NCBI GenBank assembly: GCA_041690135.1
Contig: JAWLHY010000006.1
Span: 262,337 to 326,336, forward strand
Length of the DNA stretch: 64,000 nt
Reading direction: 5' to 3'
Source of the DNA: Armatimonadota bacterium
GTDB lineage: Bacteria > Armatimonadota > SYMT01
Part shown: positions 60,288 through 64,000 of the stretch, one piece after another
Layout: each line of letters starts with the position of its first letter
Numbering within the stretch: position 1 is the first letter of the stretch
Position numbers and translations under genes: made by a program
The notes under the pieces: model-generated
Databases searched by the model: none
What the model was told of the DNA's origin: nothing
What the model saw: only the letters and a program-made list of their open reading frames with translations

Positions 60288-61214
60288 ATGTGGATTGGCC
60301 TCCTGTTCCTTCAGATTCTCCTCCCACTGATCCTGGTCCGGGACCTGGGGCGAGGAAACTACACGAAACCCCGTGACTGGTTCCTCAACCTGATACCGGC
60401 AGTTGTCTGCGTGCTCTTCATCACGCAGGTTTCCCCCTGGGGACACCTGCCTTACGCACTGCGGATCCTCTGGCCGCTGGTTTTGCTCTTCACAGGTATT
60501 TACAGCTGGCGTCGGCTGCGGCGAGAGGAACCGGATACTCCCCCAGCGGAGGAGTATCCGGCACCCGCACCCAGAAGGCGATCTTCGATGCTCTGGGCGG
60601 TGGTACCGGTAATTCTCTTCGCGGCGCCCATCTACCACAGCTTTGCGGCACGCCGGGTGCCCGAGCCGCCTCTGGATCTGGATTTCCCCCTCCGGAACGG
60701 CATCTATCTCGTGGGGCACGGGGGCAGCCACAAGACGCTCAACTACCACAACGTGAATGAAAGCCAGCGGTATGCGCTGGACATTGGGAAGCTCAATTGG
60801 CTGACCATGCGGGCCACTGGCCTTCAATCCAAGCAATTGAGGGCCTACGCCATCTGGGGGGATACCCTCTACAGCCCGTGTGACGCCCGGGTGAACTCCC
60901 TGGAGAACCGTCTTCCGGACTACACCCCGCCACAGGGGGATCCGCATAATCCCGCCGGCAATCACGTGGAGTTGGAAACCGACGACGGCGTACGGATCTT
61001 CCTGGCCCACATGCAGAAGGGCTCCGTCCGGGTCAAGATCGGCGACCGGGTCCGGCGCGGCGATCCGCTCGGCAAGGTCGGCAATTCCGGCAATACCAGC
61101 GAGCCGCACCTTCACATCCACGCCGTGCGGGGTGGAAGGGGCCTCTTTGAAGGCAAAGGGGTTCCGCTCACCTTCCGCGGCCGGTTCCTGGTGCGGAACG
61201 ACCTGATTTGGTAA
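60288..61214 (+). CDS. Membrane-anchored M23 family peptidase
   Basis: TMs, YALD, GNHV, LAHMQKGS, VGNSGNTSEPHLHIH. Confidence 0.9.
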   Translation: MWIGLLFLQILLPLILVRDLGRGNYTKPRDWFLNLIPAVVCVLFITQVSPWGHLPYALRILWPLVLLFTGIYSWRRLRREEPDTPPAEEYPAPAPRRRSSMLWAVVPVILFAAPIYHSFAARRVPEPPLDLDFPLRNGIYLVGHGGSHKTLNYHNVNESQRYALDIGKLNWLTMRATGLQSKQLRAYAIWGDTLYSPCDARVNSLENRLPDYTPPQGDPHNPAGNHVELETDDGVRIFLAHMQKGSVRVKIGDRVRRGDPLGKVGNSGNTSEPHLHIHAVRGGRGLFEGKGVPLTFRGRFLVRNDLIW

Positions 61215-61294
61215 CCTGCCTCTGGCAGCGAGGCCGAACGGATACAATCTACTGTCGAAGCGCTTGGCTGTGCCGGAAAGGCAAGGGAACAAGA

Positions 61295-61708
61295 ATGACC
61301 CTCCTCAACGACTTCAAGCAATTCATCCTGCGTGGGAACGTCGTTGACCTGGCCGTGGGCGTGGTCATCGGGGCGGCATTCGGCAGCGTGGTGAACGCAC
61401 TCGTGGCGGATATCATCACCCCGATCATCTCCATTCCGGGCAAGGTGAACTTCCCCGATTTGAGCCTGACGATCGGCGGCGGCGTCATCAAATACGGGTA
61501 CTTCCTCAACGTGCTCATCAGCTTCCTGTTGACAGCCGGGGCCATTTTCTTCTTTGTCATCCGGCCGGTCAACTGGCTGATGAACCTGCGAAAGCCCGCT
61601 CCCCCCGCGGAAGCGACGACCCGGGAGTGTCCCTACTGCATCAGCAGCATCCCAAGGAAGGCGACCCGCTGCGCGTTTTGTACGGCGGAGGTTCCCGCCG
61701 CGGAGTGA
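61295..61708 (+). CDS. mscL: Large-conductance mechanosensitive channel with C-terminal zinc ribbon
   Basis: FKQFILRGNVVDLAVGVVIGAAFG; C-terminal CPYC..CAFC. Confidence 0.95.
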   Translation: MTLLNDFKQFILRGNVVDLAVGVVIGAAFGSVVNALVADIITPIISIPGKVNFPDLSLTIGGGVIKYGYFLNVLISFLLTAGAIFFFVIRPVNWLMNLRKPAPPAEATTRECPYCISSIPRKATRCAFCTAEVPAAE

Positions 61709-61738
61709 GCTTTAAGAACGGGCGACCGCCGCAGAAGC

Positions 61739-62272
61739 TCACTCGAAGGCCCCGGCGTCGTAACCGTCGGCCGAAACCACCCGCCACTCTTCTCCAGGGA
61801 AGACGAAAAAGTAGTGGACGCGCTCCTTGCGCACGCCGAGGGTCAGCGTCATCTGCGAAGCCGGCATGGATGCGGCCGCGGACTCGGCGCCGGTTGGTTG
61901 GGAACCACCGGGGGTAAGGATCGCCAGCGGGAAAGTGACCGTGCCGGTGGCGCCATCCGGGGCGATGTACACCTGAACGCGTTCGCTGGGGATCACGACA
62001 TCGAGGTTGCTCCGCCGCGAGAGATACTCGCGGATCTGATACTTCAAGCTCGAGTCGGACATCCCCAGGCCGTCGCGGTAATCCTCGGAAAGGAACTTGT
62101 TGACCCCCGCGGCGTTGCGCTGCTCCGCGGCTCGCTCACCTTCGTAGAGCATCCGCCGCAGCTGCTCTTCATCCGATCCCTGGGGCCGCTGCGCGTCGAC
62201 CGCTCGCTTCACCCAGAGTCCTCCGCCAAGCACAAACAGCACCACCGATCCGGCAATTAAAGCGTTCCGCAT
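61739..62272 (-). CDS. Hypothetical membrane-anchored protein (NTF2-like)
   Basis: N-terminal TM, FLSEDYRD, EEWRVVSADG; start MRNALIAG inferred. Confidence 0.65.
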   Translation of the reverse strand: MRNALIAGSVVLFVLGGGLWVKRAVDAQRPQGSDEEQLRRMLYEGERAAEQRNAAGVNKFLSEDYRDGLGMSDSSLKYQIREYLSRRSNLDVVIPSERVQVYIAPDGATGTVTFPLAILTPGGSQPTGAESAAASMPASQMTLTLGVRKERVHYFFVFPGEEWRVVSADGYDAGAFE

Positions 62273-62321
62273 CGTGTCCCTCCCCTCCGACACTCCCACA
62301 ACCAACACCCAATCCGGTAGA

Positions 62322-62912
62322 ATGGCGTCGATGACGAGAAAATCTCCAACGAAGCCTAACCCGGAACGCCGCAGACGGCGGCGCATCTTTGCCCTGATCG
62401 GAATCCTGGTGGGCGGTTCGGCGGCCTTCGCCACCCTGGGCCTCGCCAGCAGTCCGCACGCCTGGCGTCCCCTGGGCGGCGATCACGGTCGCATCCGCTG
62501 GGCGGAGACCCGCACCGATTATGCTGTGGAACCACCGCTCGCGCCGGAATGGATCCGGGACCTCCGCAAGCGCGGCGTGCCGTGGCCCACGGACCAACCT
62601 CTCGAACCGCCCGGGGCCTCCTTCGCGGCCGATGGAGCGGAGCATACCGTTGCCTGGTACGTCGTGCAGTCGTCCCGATCCACCAACGAGCTATGGCACG
62701 TGCAGAAGGATTCCGTCCGCGTGACGGACGCCCAGGGTCAGGAAGTCTACTGGCCCGGCGGCACGGGCGCCGTGCTTATCGATCCCGACCGCAATCTGCA
62801 GTATCTCTACCTGGGCGTGCCCCGGCAACTCTCCGGCACCGAAGCGCGCATCCGTTTCCGCCTCTCCCGGTTTGATGGCCCGACCACACCGGAGATCATT
62901 CTCCCCTTCTGA
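62322..62912 (+). CDS. Hypothetical membrane-anchored protein
   Basis: Basic N-terminus, one TM, coherent ORF divergent from the previous gene. Confidence 0.6.
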   Translation: MASMTRKSPTKPNPERRRRRRIFALIGILVGGSAAFATLGLASSPHAWRPLGGDHGRIRWAETRTDYAVEPPLAPEWIRDLRKRGVPWPTDQPLEPPGASFAADGAEHTVAWYVVQSSRSTNELWHVQKDSVRVTDAQGQEVYWPGGTGAVLIDPDRNLQYLYLGVPRQLSGTEARIRFRLSRFDGPTTPEIILPF

Positions 62913-62984
62913 CGCCGCTATCCTATAAATGCACCGTGTGGGGTCGTCGACGGGTACGGATTGGCGGAGATGGATCTGAGTTGC

Positions 62985-63040
62985 AGCCCCCTCGGGGGCT
63001 AAAGGTTGGAAGCCCCCTCAGGGGCCAGGGGTTGGAAAGT
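62985..63040. repeat. Degenerate copies of the 27-bp palindromic unit seen at 37937
   Basis: AGCCCCCTCGGGGGCT AAAGGTTGGAAGCCCCCTCAGGGGCCAGGGGTTGGAAAG between convergent genes. Confidence 0.75.
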
Positions 63041-63042
63041 TT

Positions 63043-64000
63043 CTAATCCTGCCCGTCGGAGTCGGTGACGAACCGGTAGACTTTTCGGCTTAGGCGAGCA
63101 ATGGCTGCATTGGCGCGACCTTCCGGGCCGGAGTCGGTGATCAGCACCGCCAGGGCATAGCGGGGACCCTCCGCCGGCTCCACCAGAGCCACGTCGTGGA
63201 CAATTCCGCGGAGGGTGCCGGTTTTGTTCCCAACCGTGGCACCCTCCGGAATGCCGGCGGGAATTCGCTGACGCCGCGTTTGCGCTTGCAAGATCTCTCG
63301 CATCTCCCGGCTCGCCTCCGGGCTCACCAGTTCGCCCCGCCCAATCCGCAGCAGCAAATCCGTCATTTCCGCGGCGGTCACCTGGTTCCGGGCAGCCTTA
63401 CGCCGGTCGAAAATCTTATGGTGCAGCCGGGTACGCGGATAACCGTGGGAGTCGAGCCACTGGTTCGCCTGCGAGAAGCCCACCCGTTCCATCAAGGCAT
63501 CGGCGGAGGGGTTGTCGCTGTGGGTGATCATCTTCCGTACCCGTTCCATGTCGTTCGCCGATCGTTCCCAGGCGCCGGAAGCCCACCGGTCAAAGACGAT
63601 GGCCATGAGAGGCAGCTTGATCACGCTGGCGGCCGGCGCCGGGAGATCGGCATTCACCCCAGCCACCGCCTCTCCGGGAGGTCCCATGTCGGGAACGTCC
63701 ACGCGCACATGTACCCGTGCCTTGCCCGGAAGACGGCGCGCCTCGGCTTCGACCAGAACTCGCAATGCCGCCTGGTCGATCTCCAAGGGCGAAGACGTGG
63801 ACCCAGGTTCGACCACGCCCGGTTCGCGGCCCGGGTCCAGGGTGGCGCGACCGGCACCTGGGCCGGTTGTCTCCGCGTGCACGCCACTAGGGGTGGGAGT
63901 GGCTGCCAATGGTGGGGGTGTGCGGGTGGGAATCACTTTCGCACCGATGAGGCCCAGGGCCACGACCGCAGTCGCAGTCCCCACCGCAATGCTACCTACC
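63043..64000 (-). CDS. Serine hydrolase, class A beta-lactamase-like; true start probably beyond the window edge
   Basis: ASVIK (SxxK), SDN, KTG motifs. Confidence 0.88.
   Translation of the reverse strand, partial: VGSIAVGTATAVVALGLIGAKVIPTRTPPPLAATPTPSGVHAETTGPGAGRATLDPGREPGVVEPGSTSSPLEIDQAALRVLVEAEARRLPGKARVHVRVDVPDMGPPGEAVAGVNADLPAPAASVIKLPLMAIVFDRWASGAWERSANDMERVRKMITHSDNPSADALMERVGFSQANQWLDSHGYPRTRLHHKIFDRRKAARNQVTAAEMTDLLLRIGRGELVSPEASREMREILQAQTRRQRIPAGIPEGATVGNKTGTLRGIVHDVALVEPAEGPRYALAVLITDSGPEGRANAAIARLSRKVYRFVTDSDGQD

Noticed and set aside
63043-64000. True antibiotic-resistance beta-lactamase
   Set aside because: SxxK, SDN and KTG are present, but no clear omega-loop Glu166 motif; more likely a PBP-like serine hydrolase.

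Overview
GC-rich bacterial chromosomal segment with about 50 CDS. No rRNA, tRNA, CRISPR array or intact transposase was seen. The gene content (many exported or Tat-signal proteins, ThuA-HEAT and Gfo/Idh/MocA modules, PyrR attenuation, a c-di-AMP riboswitch) suggests an Armatimonadota-like diderm; this is an inference only. Main blocks: a MoxR/DUF58/DUF4350/DUF4129 cluster; a stressosome operon (rsbR-S-T-X) followed by two hybrid histidine kinases; a c-di-AMP (ydaO-type) riboswitch ahead of a phosphodiester glycosidase; larB-larC translationally coupled to a hidden selenoprotein; a PyrR-attenuated pyrR-pyrB-pyrC-carA-lepB-carB run ending in an MNT-HEPN toxin-antitoxin pair; a 1.5 kb gene-free region holding a candidate ~195-nt structured RNA and a gene remnant; carbohydrate-active and secreted proteins; a Tm-1-like/PEP-hydrolase pair; and mscL. 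The strongest hidden signal is the in-frame UGA at 18928-18930 (minus strand). It gives a W-U-G-P-C thioredoxin motif followed by a SECIS-like hairpin and joins two ORF-track ORFs into one 497-aa exported redoxin. Several short repeat families are also present (GTAG-type REP, 27-bp palindromic units, heptamer arms), two of them inserted in frame in carB and larC.
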